Counted from the first letter of the stretch, positions 50,046 to 59,224 are shown. The stretch is DNA of 64,000 nt from an uncultured virus (IMG/VR IMGVR_UViG_3300025723_000018) (IMGVR_UViG_3300025723_000018); one strand, 5' to 3'. The notes: generated by a model from the letters alone, not told the origin. Translations and numbers: made by a program.

Positions 50046-50101
50046 TAAATCATTAACTACTTCTTGATAGACTAATAAAAGTTCGAGCTGAAGCGAAGAA
50101 C

Positions 50102-50121
50102 AGAAGAACGCTAGTTCTTCT
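50102..50121. terminator. Hairpin at the convergence of the + and - transcription units (possible terminator)
   Basis: AGAAGAAC-gcta-GTTCTTCT abutting the stop of the - strand frame at 50121. Confidence 0.5.
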
Positions 50122-50354
50122 TATAACAATGGCATACGTGTTTCTTTAGTTACTTCGATATTCTCTTTGATAATATTATAGATCAATTCACGATCTGAGA
50201 ATGTGTAGATATGAAGTAGATCTTCTACACTAACACCACCACGCATATACCAGGATATTCTAAAAAGTTCTTCTTTAAAGCCCTGGATCTGATTGTCTAG
50301 CCTAACTAGATGTGCTTGAATTTCGTCTGGTGGAAGACTAATTAGGCTTGTACG
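50121..50354 (-). CDS. -1 frame extension of the tail chaperone (gpGT-like; resembles the small gp51-type ORF)
   Basis: 77 open codons RTSLISLPPDEIQAHL...SWYMRGGVSVEDLLHIYTFSDRELIYNIIKENIEVTKETRMPLL; not in the ORF track; starts at a slippery site. Confidence 0.7.
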   Translation of the reverse strand, partial: RTSLISLPPDEIQAHLVRLDNQIQGFKEELFRISWYMRGGVSVEDLLHIYTFSDRELIYNIIKENIEVTKETRMPLL

Positions 50355-51169
50355 AAAAAATTTGACTGATCAAGGTCTACAGCAAGATTGGCTTCTTGGC
50401 CACAGTTGTCGCATTTAACTGGGAATCGAGGCATGGCCCAAGCATCATTATTTTTTTGATTTCTAGCTTTGATAGCATCAAACACACTCTTGTCGCAGTT
50501 GTCCAACCATTCCATGATAAAGGGAGTTTCGGTAACTACTTGCTGACCAGTATCAACACTTTCAATAGTAGCACGATAAATTTCAGTTTGGATATCGGCT
50601 AATTCTTTGAATAAACTGTTAACTACTTCTTGTCTTTCTGGAGTGTTGTCCATGACTTCTGCTTGAGCAAGACGTTGTTGTAGTCTAAAGTTTTTAAGAT
50701 TAAACTCAGTGCTTTGCTTATATGTTAATGGACGTAGATTAATGGTCAGATCGTCTGTGACAATTTTACCGTCATACTGACAGGCCATGTAAAATTCCAC
50801 AACTTTGTTTAGATCGATGTCATAGTCATTTTCAGATCCGCAATTATTGCACTTGTGTCCCACGGTCATGGAGTTGCCATAGGTAGCAATACGAATAGCT
50901 GCCAATAAAATAACTAGATCCAGTATACACAATTCCCAAGGATCTTTGATAGCCGGGCAACAGCTGGTTAAAACTTGTGCTGTGCTTTCGCCAGACAACA
51001 ATGCATCTGGAGTTTTAACAATGATTTCATCCATGCCCGTCATACCATATACTGGTGTATTGGTAACATCGCCTTGGATAGTACCGGGCTTGTTAAAGAT
51101 ACCTCCGCTGGGGAACTTGATATAGATCTTAGGTTGTCTAAAGTACTTTTGTAACGGATTAACGGCCAT
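50342..51169 (-). CDS. Baseplate hub assembly/tail chaperone, T4 gp26-like
   Basis: NPL..YFRQP.IYI..PS.G, MT..DEI..KTPDAL..G, two CxxC pairs; GGAG SD and TATAAATA upstream. Confidence 0.75.
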   Translation of the reverse strand: MAVNPLQKYFRQPKIYIKFPSGGIFNKPGTIQGDVTNTPVYGMTGMDEIIVKTPDALLSGESTAQVLTSCCPAIKDPWELCILDLVILLAAIRIATYGNSMTVGHKCNNCGSENDYDIDLNKVVEFYMACQYDGKIVTDDLTINLRPLTYKQSTEFNLKNFRLQQRLAQAEVMDNTPERQEVVNSLFKELADIQTEIYRATIESVDTGQQVVTETPFIMEWLDNCDKSVFDAIKARNQKNNDAWAMPRFPVKCDNCGQEANLAVDLDQSNFFVQA

Positions 51170-51195
51170 TGTAATAACTCCAAAATATTGTCATG

Positions 51196-51253
51196 TATTT
51201 ATATACGCACTTTTTGGGTTATTTTCGTATTGGCTAGGTTTATTTGGTAAATA
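51196..51253. promoter_or_regulatory. Divergent late promoters
   Basis: TATAAATA on - (51196-51203) and TAAATA on + (51248-51253). Confidence 0.6.
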
Positions 51254-51259
51254 CAAATT

Positions 51260-52285
51260 ATGAAAGTTTATGAAGTAATTTCAAAAGATCCTCAACTAGA
51301 CGAATTCAGTTTGAATCCAATGAACTGGTTCGGTGCCGGTAATGCAGGAGCCGCAGCTAAACAAGCCAGTTATGATGCTGGGGCTGTTAAAAATCTAGCG
51401 GCAATTGCTAAAAAGCAATTTCCAAATCTAAGTCCAGCTGCTGGTAAAGCACTGGCTGACATTACATCTGGTACAGCTAAAGCTAGCAAGGCCGCATCGC
51501 AAGAAGCATTTGCTATGAAAGTAGGTAATATTAGCTATGTGTTGCGTGTACTAGGTGCGTTTGCTATCAGTTACAAGTTGTACAGCAATTTTTCTATACT
51601 TGAAGATAAGTATAATGCAGGTGAATTAAACGCTGAACAGTATAAAGAAGCACACGAAGCCTACTGGGGACTGTGGGTTATTCAATTCATGGGTCCATGG
51701 TTAGCAACAACTTTAGGTACAGCTAAACTAGTAGCATTTTTAATTCGTTTAATACTGGCGGTATTAACATTAGGTGTAACTGTGTTTACTGGCGGAGGTG
51801 CAGCCGCTGCAACAATTACAGGTCTAGTAGTTGAACAAGCTGTGTTTACGGCTTTACAAGCGTTCTTAATGTCTAAAACATTTGAACAATGGATGTCGGA
51901 TCACTTTTTCAAAACACTAGTAACTATTGGTTCAGTACCAGATGCTAGTTGGAATATACTACGTCAGTATTTGAGTGAAATTCCAGTAATAAATGCGTTC
52001 TTCAAAGATAAAGGTGTTGATTTTTACACAGCTGCCAAGAAAGAAAAACAAAGAATCAATCCTGCGGCAGCTGCTGACGATGAAAAAGCAACACAAGCAA
52101 GAAACCTAGCACCTTTAGATTCTGATAAAAATGCTATTATGATTAACGGAATTCGTGTTACTGATAAAGACGGCAACTTAGACGATTATGCCATGATGCG
52201 TCCTTTTGTTAAGAACTATTTAGAACTGCATCCTGAAGATCCTAATGTACAAAAAGTACTAGCACTACAATCCAAATCTAAATAA
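51260..52285 (+). CDS. Membrane-spanning virion-associated protein (341 aa)
   Basis: Long hydrophobic segments (e.g. LVAFLIRLILAVLTLGVTVFTGGGAAAATITGLVV); late-promoter motif; upstream of the tape measure gene. Confidence 0.6.
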   Translation: MKVYEVISKDPQLDEFSLNPMNWFGAGNAGAAAKQASYDAGAVKNLAAIAKKQFPNLSPAAGKALADITSGTAKASKAASQEAFAMKVGNISYVLRVLGAFAISYKLYSNFSILEDKYNAGELNAEQYKEAHEAYWGLWVIQFMGPWLATTLGTAKLVAFLIRLILAVLTLGVTVFTGGGAAAATITGLVVEQAVFTALQAFLMSKTFEQWMSDHFFKTLVTIGSVPDASWNILRQYLSEIPVINAFFKDKGVDFYTAAKKEKQRINPAAAADDEKATQARNLAPLDSDKNAIMINGIRVTDKDGNLDDYAMMRPFVKNYLELHPEDPNVQKVLALQSKSK

Positions 52286-52311
52286 CAGTTATATACGCTG
52301 TTATTCAATCC

Positions 52312-52319
52312 TATAAATA
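52312..52319 (+). promoter_or_regulatory. T4-type late promoter
   Basis: Exact TATAAATA 23 bp before the tape measure ATG. Confidence 0.65.
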
Positions 52320-52342
52320 CACTATATTTCTAGGATTTTTTT

Positions 52343-55300
52343 ATGGCCGCAGATAAAGACACCGTCGAAGCGTTTAAGCAAGCTCTTAAAGAATCTGGCA
52401 TCGGTAAAGGCAACAGCGCACCAAGTAGTACGGCTGGTAATGCAGCCGGAGCAGGATTCGGCGCGGCTACAAAAGATGTTATTGACAGTTTTAATCCTCT
52501 AAGTGCCGCAAGTAAAGCTGTTGGTGCAGGCATGGATGCAGCCGGCAAAGCATACAATAATTTAAAAGGTGTAATTGAACCTAGTCTAGGCACATGGCGA
52601 GAACTTAGTGCTAGTGGTGCAAACTTTAATAACGATATAGTTGGCATGACAGCTGCAGCTGCAGGCGCACGATTAGATATAGCAGAGTTTGGCCAAGTCA
52701 TTAAAAACAACTCAGGCAACTTTAACGGTTTAGGCGGAAGTGCTGCTAAAGGCGCAGAAAATTTTGCTAAGTTAAGTAAAGAAATGGCTGACAGCGGAGT
52801 CACAGATGACTTGCGCATGATGGGTATGACCAGTCGAGATATTAATGATGTCTTGGCAATCACGTTAACACAGCAACAGACTGTGAACATGAATGACGAA
52901 GCTAGTAAGAAACGTGCTATCAAAGCAGCCACAGAACTAGCTACTGAAATGGATTTGATGAGCAAGTTGACTGGTAAGTCACGTGCTGAACAAGAAGAAA
53001 GTTTAAAGAAAGCACAAGCTGACATGCAAGTGGAAGCTAAGTTGCGTATTCTTACAATGGGTAAAAGCGAAGAAGAAGCAGCTGCAATTCGTAATAATTA
53101 CCTAACACAATATAACGAAGCTAATCTCCGTGGACAAGGACAAATGTTTAAAGAAGTCTTTGCCACAGGTACTGTGCAAAGTGAAGAAGCTGCTAACCAA
53201 GTAGCTATCAGTGGCAGAGAAGCACAAGCTACAATGGCACAAGCTCGTGCTACCGCAGAAGGCAATGCCAAAGCTGCTACTGAATACAGTAAGCAAGCAT
53301 CTGCGGAGATGATGAAAAATCAAAATGATGTTAATAAATTAAGTCTTGCTGTTTATTCTAGTAATACCGCCGCTGGCGAAACAATGAAAGCCAGTATGAC
53401 AGCTAATGCTGGCATTTATAAGAGTGAAACAGCTCTTATGAAGCAAATGGAGAAAGAAGGCAAACTAGATGGCATTAAAGACGAAGCTGAAAAACGTCGT
53501 ATAGTACACGAAGAAGCATTAAAACAAGCCAAAGCAGAACAAACAGATAAAAAGCCAGGAAGTGAAAGCACCGAAGCACTTGTTAAATTAGGCGCACGAG
53601 CTGATGATGTTAATAGTGCGTTTATGAATAAGGTTGTTGTTCCTATTAATAAAGATGTAGGTCCAGCATTACAGAAATTTAATGATGGATTATTAAACTC
53701 TCAAGTTAAAGATAAATCAGGTAATGTAACTACTGTTAGTAAAACTTTAGAAAAAGAAGTAGGAGAAGGTTACCAAAGAGGTAAAGAGGGATTTTCTGGA
53801 CCTAATGCCGGCAAAGATGGAGTTATTGGTGCCGCAAAAGATTCAAAATCAGGTAGCCCATTAGAAAATGCTGCGGCTACTGTTGGTGAAAGTGCAGGGT
53901 TTGCAACAGGTAAAATATTACTACCTGCATTAGACAAGACAGCAGACGTTATGAACAACGTCAAAAAAATGGCTGAAGGTGGAACTGTAAATAAACCCGA
54001 ACTAGCTATTATTGGCGAGGCTGGAAAAGAGCATATAGTACCAGATGAAAAGATGCAGACCTTGATGCAAAACATGAAGGTTGATGGTTTAACAGCTGCC
54101 GCAACAGCTATGGCTGATTCACAAAAAGGCGGTGGCGTTAATGTATCTGAAATTTCTAATCTAGTTAAAACTACTATCAGTAGTGCAAGTGGTCCAACAA
54201 CTGGCGCAGCCGCGGCTGCACCTATGACAAAGAGTGAAAAGTTTCAAACAGCAGACTGGGCAGATGCAACTCAAGAAGAAATTGCTAAAGGACTTGAAGG
54301 ATCAAAAAAACAACTAGCTCGTTGGACAACAGATGCGCAGGAAACTGAACAAAAAATTGCAGATATAAAATCTCTAGGATCTAAAAGACAACTTACTGAA
54401 AGTGAACAATATGATCTAGACGAACTTGAAAAAGAAAAAGCAAAAAATCAACGAGCAATTGATTATCATCAAACTACAATTAACGTATTAAACAATCTAG
54501 ACGAATATAAGGCTAGATTAGAAACAGAAAGTAAACAAAAAGTTGTTTCAGCCTCGGAAGAAGCTGCTAAAATTGCAGAATCTCTTGGGTTAACACAAAT
54601 TGATACGGTTAAACAATCAGCCGAAGAACAGAAAACAATCTTAAGTGAACATCAACAAACTACATTGAAATATGCCTACACTGATGCAGAAGGCAAAAAA
54701 ATGCAGTTGGAAAATGCTAAAAATCTTGTTGATGCTGAAAAGAATGCCATTGCTGAAAAGAATAAACAAATTGAAGAAATTCAAGTTGCTGCTGATGGTC
54801 GTGAACTGACAAATAGAGAAAAGAGTCGCATTGAAAAACTGCAAAAAGAAATTGAAGGCAGTAAAGAAACTTTAAGTTACCGTGAACAAGATTTAGCAGT
54901 TTACGCTAATCTTGATAAGTTAAAAACAGAACAAATTACCAAACAAGCCGAAGCACAAAAACGTTTAGAAGAACTCGGCCTCACCGGCACAACAAAACAA
55001 ATTGCCACACAAGCCGAAGCACAAAAACGTTATGAAGAAATATCTAAAGGCGGTATAAAGACAGAAGAAGAACAGCGAGCTGAAGCAACTAAAATGGTAG
55101 AAGCTTCAAATGCTAAAATTGAAAAACTTAAAGCAGATGCCACTGGAAAAACAGAAGCAGCTGCTGGAAAAACAGAAGAACCTTCTAAATCTGTAATACC
55201 CGACTTTAGTTCTTTTGGAGAAGGAGTAAAAGGCTCGGGACTTCCTCCGTTCTTGCAAAAATTAAATGCTCAAATTAAAGATTCTAAACCTGCTCCAATC

Positions 55301-55576
55301 AAATCACCAACTGAAGCAAATAAAGATGCATCTAAAACTACAGCACAAGCTGTTAAAGAAGAAAAGAAAGAAGAACCAAAAAAACAAGAAGCAAAAAAAG
55401 AAGAAAAACCAGCTACAGGAACAGTTGCAGAAGTTACCATGAAAGATCTACATGCCAGTCTAGAACACTTAAATAAGAGTATGACAAGCCTTCTTAGTTA
55501 TAGTCAACAAACAGCCACAGCAGCACAACAACAAGTTAAGGCAACTAAAAGTTTAAGTGGCAATAAGTTTGCTTAA
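52343..55576 (+). CDS. Tail tape measure protein (1077 aa)
   Basis: Ala/Glu/Lys-rich helical protein; AEGG.V..P..AIIGEAGKE.IVP motif common in tape measures; 22-aa duplication QIxxQAEAQKR. Confidence 0.7.
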   Translation: MAADKDTVEAFKQALKESGIGKGNSAPSSTAGNAAGAGFGAATKDVIDSFNPLSAASKAVGAGMDAAGKAYNNLKGVIEPSLGTWRELSASGANFNNDIVGMTAAAAGARLDIAEFGQVIKNNSGNFNGLGGSAAKGAENFAKLSKEMADSGVTDDLRMMGMTSRDINDVLAITLTQQQTVNMNDEASKKRAIKAATELATEMDLMSKLTGKSRAEQEESLKKAQADMQVEAKLRILTMGKSEEEAAAIRNNYLTQYNEANLRGQGQMFKEVFATGTVQSEEAANQVAISGREAQATMAQARATAEGNAKAATEYSKQASAEMMKNQNDVNKLSLAVYSSNTAAGETMKASMTANAGIYKSETALMKQMEKEGKLDGIKDEAEKRRIVHEEALKQAKAEQTDKKPGSESTEALVKLGARADDVNSAFMNKVVVPINKDVGPALQKFNDGLLNSQVKDKSGNVTTVSKTLEKEVGEGYQRGKEGFSGPNAGKDGVIGAAKDSKSGSPLENAAATVGESAGFATGKILLPALDKTADVMNNVKKMAEGGTVNKPELAIIGEAGKEHIVPDEKMQTLMQNMKVDGLTAAATAMADSQKGGGVNVSEISNLVKTTISSASGPTTGAAAAAPMTKSEKFQTADWADATQEEIAKGLEGSKKQLARWTTDAQETEQKIADIKSLGSKRQLTESEQYDLDELEKEKAKNQRAIDYHQTTINVLNNLDEYKARLETESKQKVVSASEEAAKIAESLGLTQIDTVKQSAEEQKTILSEHQQTTLKYAYTDAEGKKMQLENAKNLVDAEKNAIAEKNKQIEEIQVAADGRELTNREKSRIEKLQKEIEGSKETLSYREQDLAVYANLDKLKTEQITKQAEAQKRLEELGLTGTTKQIATQAEAQKRYEEISKGGIKTEEEQRAEATKMVEASNAKIEKLKADATGKTEAAAGKTEEPSKSVIPDFSSFGEGVKGSGLPPFLQKLNAQIKDSKPAPIKSPTEANKDASKTTAQAVKEEKKEEPKKQEAKKEEKPATGTVAEVTMKDLHASLEHLNKSMTSLLSYSQQTATAAQQQVKATKSLSGNKFA

Positions 55577-55591
55577 AAGGATATAAATTAG

Positions 55592-57334
55592 ATGAGTTGG
55601 AAAAAGTATTTTACGCCCGTACCTGTAAATGGTGAATTGTTAGGCCCTATCAGCGGCCAAAACAACGGCAATCGTCCTGGTCCGGCAAGAAGTAACTATT
55701 CTAGCTACTTGCCGGATGTATATTCTGGTAGTCCAAATCGTATTGAGCGTTATCAACAGTACGAAGTTATGGATAGTGATCCAGAAGTTAACGCTGCTCT
55801 AGACATTCTAGCTGAATTCTGCACACAAAAACTAAAAGATTCAAAGAGTCCATTTGCGGTCAAGTGGCGCAATAAAGGAACTAATGTAGAAGTTCGTGTT
55901 TTAAGTGAATATCTACAACAATGGAACAAGTTGCAAAACTTTGATGTACGTATTTTTCGTATTGTTCGCAATACTTTTAAGTATGGAGATAGTTTCTTTA
56001 TTAGAGATCCTGAAAATCAAAAGTGGAGTTACTTAGATCCTAGTCAAATTATCAAAGTTATTGTTAATGAAAGTGAAGGTAAGAAACCTGAACAGTATAT
56101 TGTTAAAGATCTAGCACCTAATTTTGAAAATTTAATTGCTACAATGATTACTCCTACAGTAAATCCACGTCAAACTGGCGGTGGTCCATTGCCTGCAAGC
56201 GGTTATTTAGGGCAATCAGGCGGTGGTAGTAGTAGCGGAACTAGTGGAGGTAACGTAGGCGGACGCTTTGGAATGAATCAAAAGGAAAATGCCATCGATA
56301 ATAAGCATATGGTTCATTTGAGTTTGTCAGAAGGTTTAGATCAAAATTTTCCATTTGGCAATAGTTTATTAGAAAATATCTTTAAAGTTTACAAACAAAA
56401 AGAACTATTAGAAGATGCAATCTTGATTTATCGTATACAACGTGCTCCAGAACGTCGTGTATTCCATATCGACGTGGGTAATATGCCTAGTCACTTAGCC
56501 ATGGCATTCGTAGAACGTGTTAAAAACGAAATACATCAACGCCGTATTCCGTCACAAACAGGAGGCGGACAGAACGTCATAGACTCTGCATACAACCCTC
56601 TGAGCATTAACGAAGATTATTTCTTCCCTAAAACAGCAGACGGCAAAGGATCAGACGTCACAATGCTAGAAGGCGGTAAGAATATTGGCGAAATTGATGA
56701 CTTGAAGTACTTTACTAACAAGTTATTCCGTGGATTACGTATTCCAAGTAGCTATTTGCCTACTGGTGCGGATGATTCACAGAGCAATTTCAATGATGGT
56801 CGTGTAGGAACAGCGTACATTCAAGAGTTACGTTTTAACAAATACTGTGAAAGACTTCAAAGTTTACTAACAGCAGTGTTTGATAGCGAGTTTAAATTGT
56901 TTTTAAATGCTCGTGGATTGAATATTGATCCAGATTTATTTGAACTAAACTTTAATCCTCCTATGAACTTTGCAAGTTCACGTCAAGCAGCTATTGACAC
57001 TGAACGGATTAATACATTTAATACCATTCAAGCCGTTCCATTTATGAGTAAACGCTTTGCTCTTAAACGTTTCCTTGCACTAACAGACGAGGAAGTAGCA
57101 GAAAACGAACGTCTATGGGCAGAAGAAAATGGAAAAGGACAGCCAACTACTACCGATGCCGCTGGAGAATTACGTAGTGCAGGCTTGTCTGCTAGCGGAA
57201 TAGAAGGAGACATGGGTGCTGCTGGTGACATGACAGCTCCAGAAGATATAACAGACACTGGCGAAGAACAAGGAGCTCCTAATCCTGGAGCTGCAACACA
57301 ACCTGGGGCCGCTACTCCACCGCCTGCCGCATAA
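55592..57334 (+). CDS. Portal vertex protein, T4 gp20-like
   Basis: MDSDPEVNAALD, LLEDAILIYRIQRAPERRVFHIDVGNMP, EDYFFP, D..YF..KLFRGLRIP.S. Confidence 0.95.
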   Translation: MSWKKYFTPVPVNGELLGPISGQNNGNRPGPARSNYSSYLPDVYSGSPNRIERYQQYEVMDSDPEVNAALDILAEFCTQKLKDSKSPFAVKWRNKGTNVEVRVLSEYLQQWNKLQNFDVRIFRIVRNTFKYGDSFFIRDPENQKWSYLDPSQIIKVIVNESEGKKPEQYIVKDLAPNFENLIATMITPTVNPRQTGGGPLPASGYLGQSGGGSSSGTSGGNVGGRFGMNQKENAIDNKHMVHLSLSEGLDQNFPFGNSLLENIFKVYKQKELLEDAILIYRIQRAPERRVFHIDVGNMPSHLAMAFVERVKNEIHQRRIPSQTGGGQNVIDSAYNPLSINEDYFFPKTADGKGSDVTMLEGGKNIGEIDDLKYFTNKLFRGLRIPSSYLPTGADDSQSNFNDGRVGTAYIQELRFNKYCERLQSLLTAVFDSEFKLFLNARGLNIDPDLFELNFNPPMNFASSRQAAIDTERINTFNTIQAVPFMSKRFALKRFLALTDEEVAENERLWAEENGKGQPTTTDAAGELRSAGLSASGIEGDMGAAGDMTAPEDITDTGEEQGAPNPGAATQPGAATPPPAA

Positions 57335-57341
57335 ATACAAT

Positions 57342-57584
57342 ATGATTTTAAGAGAGTTGTTTTATATTGATCCAGACACAAGGCATGTAGCCAATGATTT
57401 GCGCTATGAGCCTAGACGCGATCAGACTCAGTTGCATAGAGATGATACACGTAAAACAAGATTAACACTAAGACAACTAAATGAACTACGTAAAAGTAGT
57501 GAAGCCCACATCCTGGAACAGGAAAGCGAACTAGAATTTATACATTCAATGTATGCAGCTCCACCAGCTGCACCAGCACAATAA
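57342..57584 (+). CDS. Small head-module protein (80 aa)
   Basis: Between portal and core genes; TAAATA 4 nt upstream of the ATG. Confidence 0.7.
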   Translation: MILRELFYIDPDTRHVANDLRYEPRRDQTQLHRDDTRKTRLTLRQLNELRKSSEAHILEQESELEFIHSMYAAPPAAPAQ

Positions 57585-57585
57585 T

Positions 57586-57614
57586 TGAAAACGGCCAAAA
57601 AACGGCCGTTTTCA
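57586..57614 (+). terminator. Inverted repeat, probable intrinsic terminator
   Basis: TGAAAACGGCC-aaaaaac-GGCCGTTTTCA just after the stop. Confidence 0.55.
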
Positions 57615-57691
57615 CACCTTATCTATACACTTTTTTAACAAAAGTGTAAATATAATACAGCCTTGTAACCACAATCACAGGAGAACCAAAC

Positions 57692-58561
57692 ATGACTGAC
57701 CGCGCTCAATTTGAAGCAATGCTTGAAGCTTTGATCAATGAAGATCATGAGCAAGCAAAAGAAATATTCCACAACATCGTTGTTGGAAAATCACGTGAAA
57801 TTTACGAAGAATTATTAGCAGAAGACTTCAGCCCAGAAGAAGCTAACAAACACGCTGGCCTAGGCGGACACCAATCTGAAAACATGGAAGAAGAAGATGA
57901 TTCTATGGAAGAAGACATGGAAGAAGAAGGTGCCGAAGAAGAAAAAGGCGAAGACGAGCCAGAAGACGACGGTGAAGACGATGGCGAAGAAGAGCCAGAC
58001 TTCGGCGGTGAAGACGATGGCGAAGAAGAGCCAGACTTCGGCGGTGACGAGGAAGGCGATGCCGAAGGTGGCGATATCGAAGATCGTGTTATGGATCTAG
58101 AAGACGCTTTAGAAGACCTAAAAGCAGAATTTGAACAACTAATGGCTGATGAAGAGCATGAGCCAGAGCATCATGACGGTATTGATGATCCAGCATTTGG
58201 TGGCATGGATGCAGAACAAGATGAAGTAGCACATATGATGGAATATGTAAACAAAGTTGCACTACCAAAACATGGCGACAATGGTCAAAATACAAAATCA
58301 GTTATTGACAACATGAAGAACGATATGGGCGGCACAACTGCTAATATTGCTAAAAACTTCAGCACAACAACTGGTGGAACACAAGGCGGATTATTGAAGC
58401 CAAGTACAACACTACAAGACGGTGGAAACATCAATAAGCCAGGCGCTAATGCAGGCAAGACAGCGTTCAAGAAGAAAGAACCTGGTCATGGTCCAGAAAG
58501 CAAAGGCAAAGGCGAATCAGCTGACAATAAAAAGTCAACGATTGGCGGAAGAATTCGTTAA
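57692..58561 (+). CDS. Acidic prohead core protein (gp67/gp68 position)
   Basis: Very E/D-rich; between portal and protease; AGGAG SD. Confidence 0.65.
   Translation: MTDRAQFEAMLEALINEDHEQAKEIFHNIVVGKSREIYEELLAEDFSPEEANKHAGLGGHQSENMEEEDDSMEEDMEEEGAEEEKGEDEPEDDGEDDGEEEPDFGGEDDGEEEPDFGGDEEGDAEGGDIEDRVMDLEDALEDLKAEFEQLMADEEHEPEHHDGIDDPAFGGMDAEQDEVAHMMEYVNKVALPKHGDNGQNTKSVIDNMKNDMGGTTANIAKNFSTTTGGTQGGLLKPSTTLQDGGNINKPGANAGKTAFKKKEPGHGPESKGKGESADNKKSTIGGRIR
57970..58047 (+). repeat. Exact 36-bp tandem duplication (GEDDGEEEPDFG x2)
   Basis: cggtgaagacgatggcgaagaagagccagacttcgg at 57970 and 58006. Confidence 0.9.
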
Positions 58562-58584
58562 TTAATAAAGAGAACATATAATAT

Positions 58585-59211
58585 ATGTTATACCTCCGAG
58601 AGAATCTCAGTTTCAACGAAGCAAAAATGATCGTTGAATCTGATGACAAAGACGGTAAGAACTTGTACATGTCCGGGATTTGCATCCAGGGCGGTATACG
58701 TAACGCTAACCAGCGTGTTTACCCTGTTAATGAGATTGGCAAGGCTGTTAAGACCCTTAACGATCAGATTCAGAACGGTTATTCAGTTCTCGGAGAAGTG
58801 GATCATCCAGATGATCTAAAAATTAACCTGGACCGTGTGAGTCACATGATAGTTAATATGTGGATGGACGGTCCTAACGGTTACGGGAAGTTGAAAATAC
58901 TTCCAACACCAATGGGACAACTAATCAAGACAATGCTGGAAAGCGGAGTCAAGTTAGGTGTTTCAAGTCGCGGATCCGGGAACGTTAGTGATAACGGTTC
59001 CGGTGAAGTATCGGATTTTGAGATTATCACAGTAGATATGGTAGCTCAACCTAGTGCTCCTGGAGCGTATCCTACACCAATTTATGAACACTTGATGAAT
59101 AATCGCGGTGGATTCAATGCCTTGCGTATAGCGCAAGAGGTGAAGGGCGATCCTAAAGCACAGAAATATCTCAAAGAGAGCTTATTGAATATAATAAGCA
59201 AACTCCAATAA
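58585..59211 (+). CDS. Prohead protease, T4 gp21-like
   Basis: N.N.RVYP, LGEVDHP, VSH, TPMG, LGVSSRGSG, D.VAQPSAP.AY. Confidence 0.93.
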   Translation: MLYLRENLSFNEAKMIVESDDKDGKNLYMSGICIQGGIRNANQRVYPVNEIGKAVKTLNDQIQNGYSVLGEVDHPDDLKINLDRVSHMIVNMWMDGPNGYGKLKILPTPMGQLIKTMLESGVKLGVSSRGSGNVSDNGSGEVSDFEIITVDMVAQPSAPGAYPTPIYEHLMNNRGGFNALRIAQEVKGDPKAQKYLKESLLNIISKLQ

Positions 59212-59224
59212 CAAGGAGAATCAC

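Noticed and set aside
49645..50100. Group I or group II intron associated with the GIY-YIG gene
   Set aside because: No flanking exons on the + strand, no AGUC partner for a P7 GACU strand, and no group II domain V motif found by eye.
49645..50100. tRNA, tmRNA or RNase P RNA
   Set aside because: No T-arm/CCA end, tag reading frame or GGAAAGUC P4 signature recognised.
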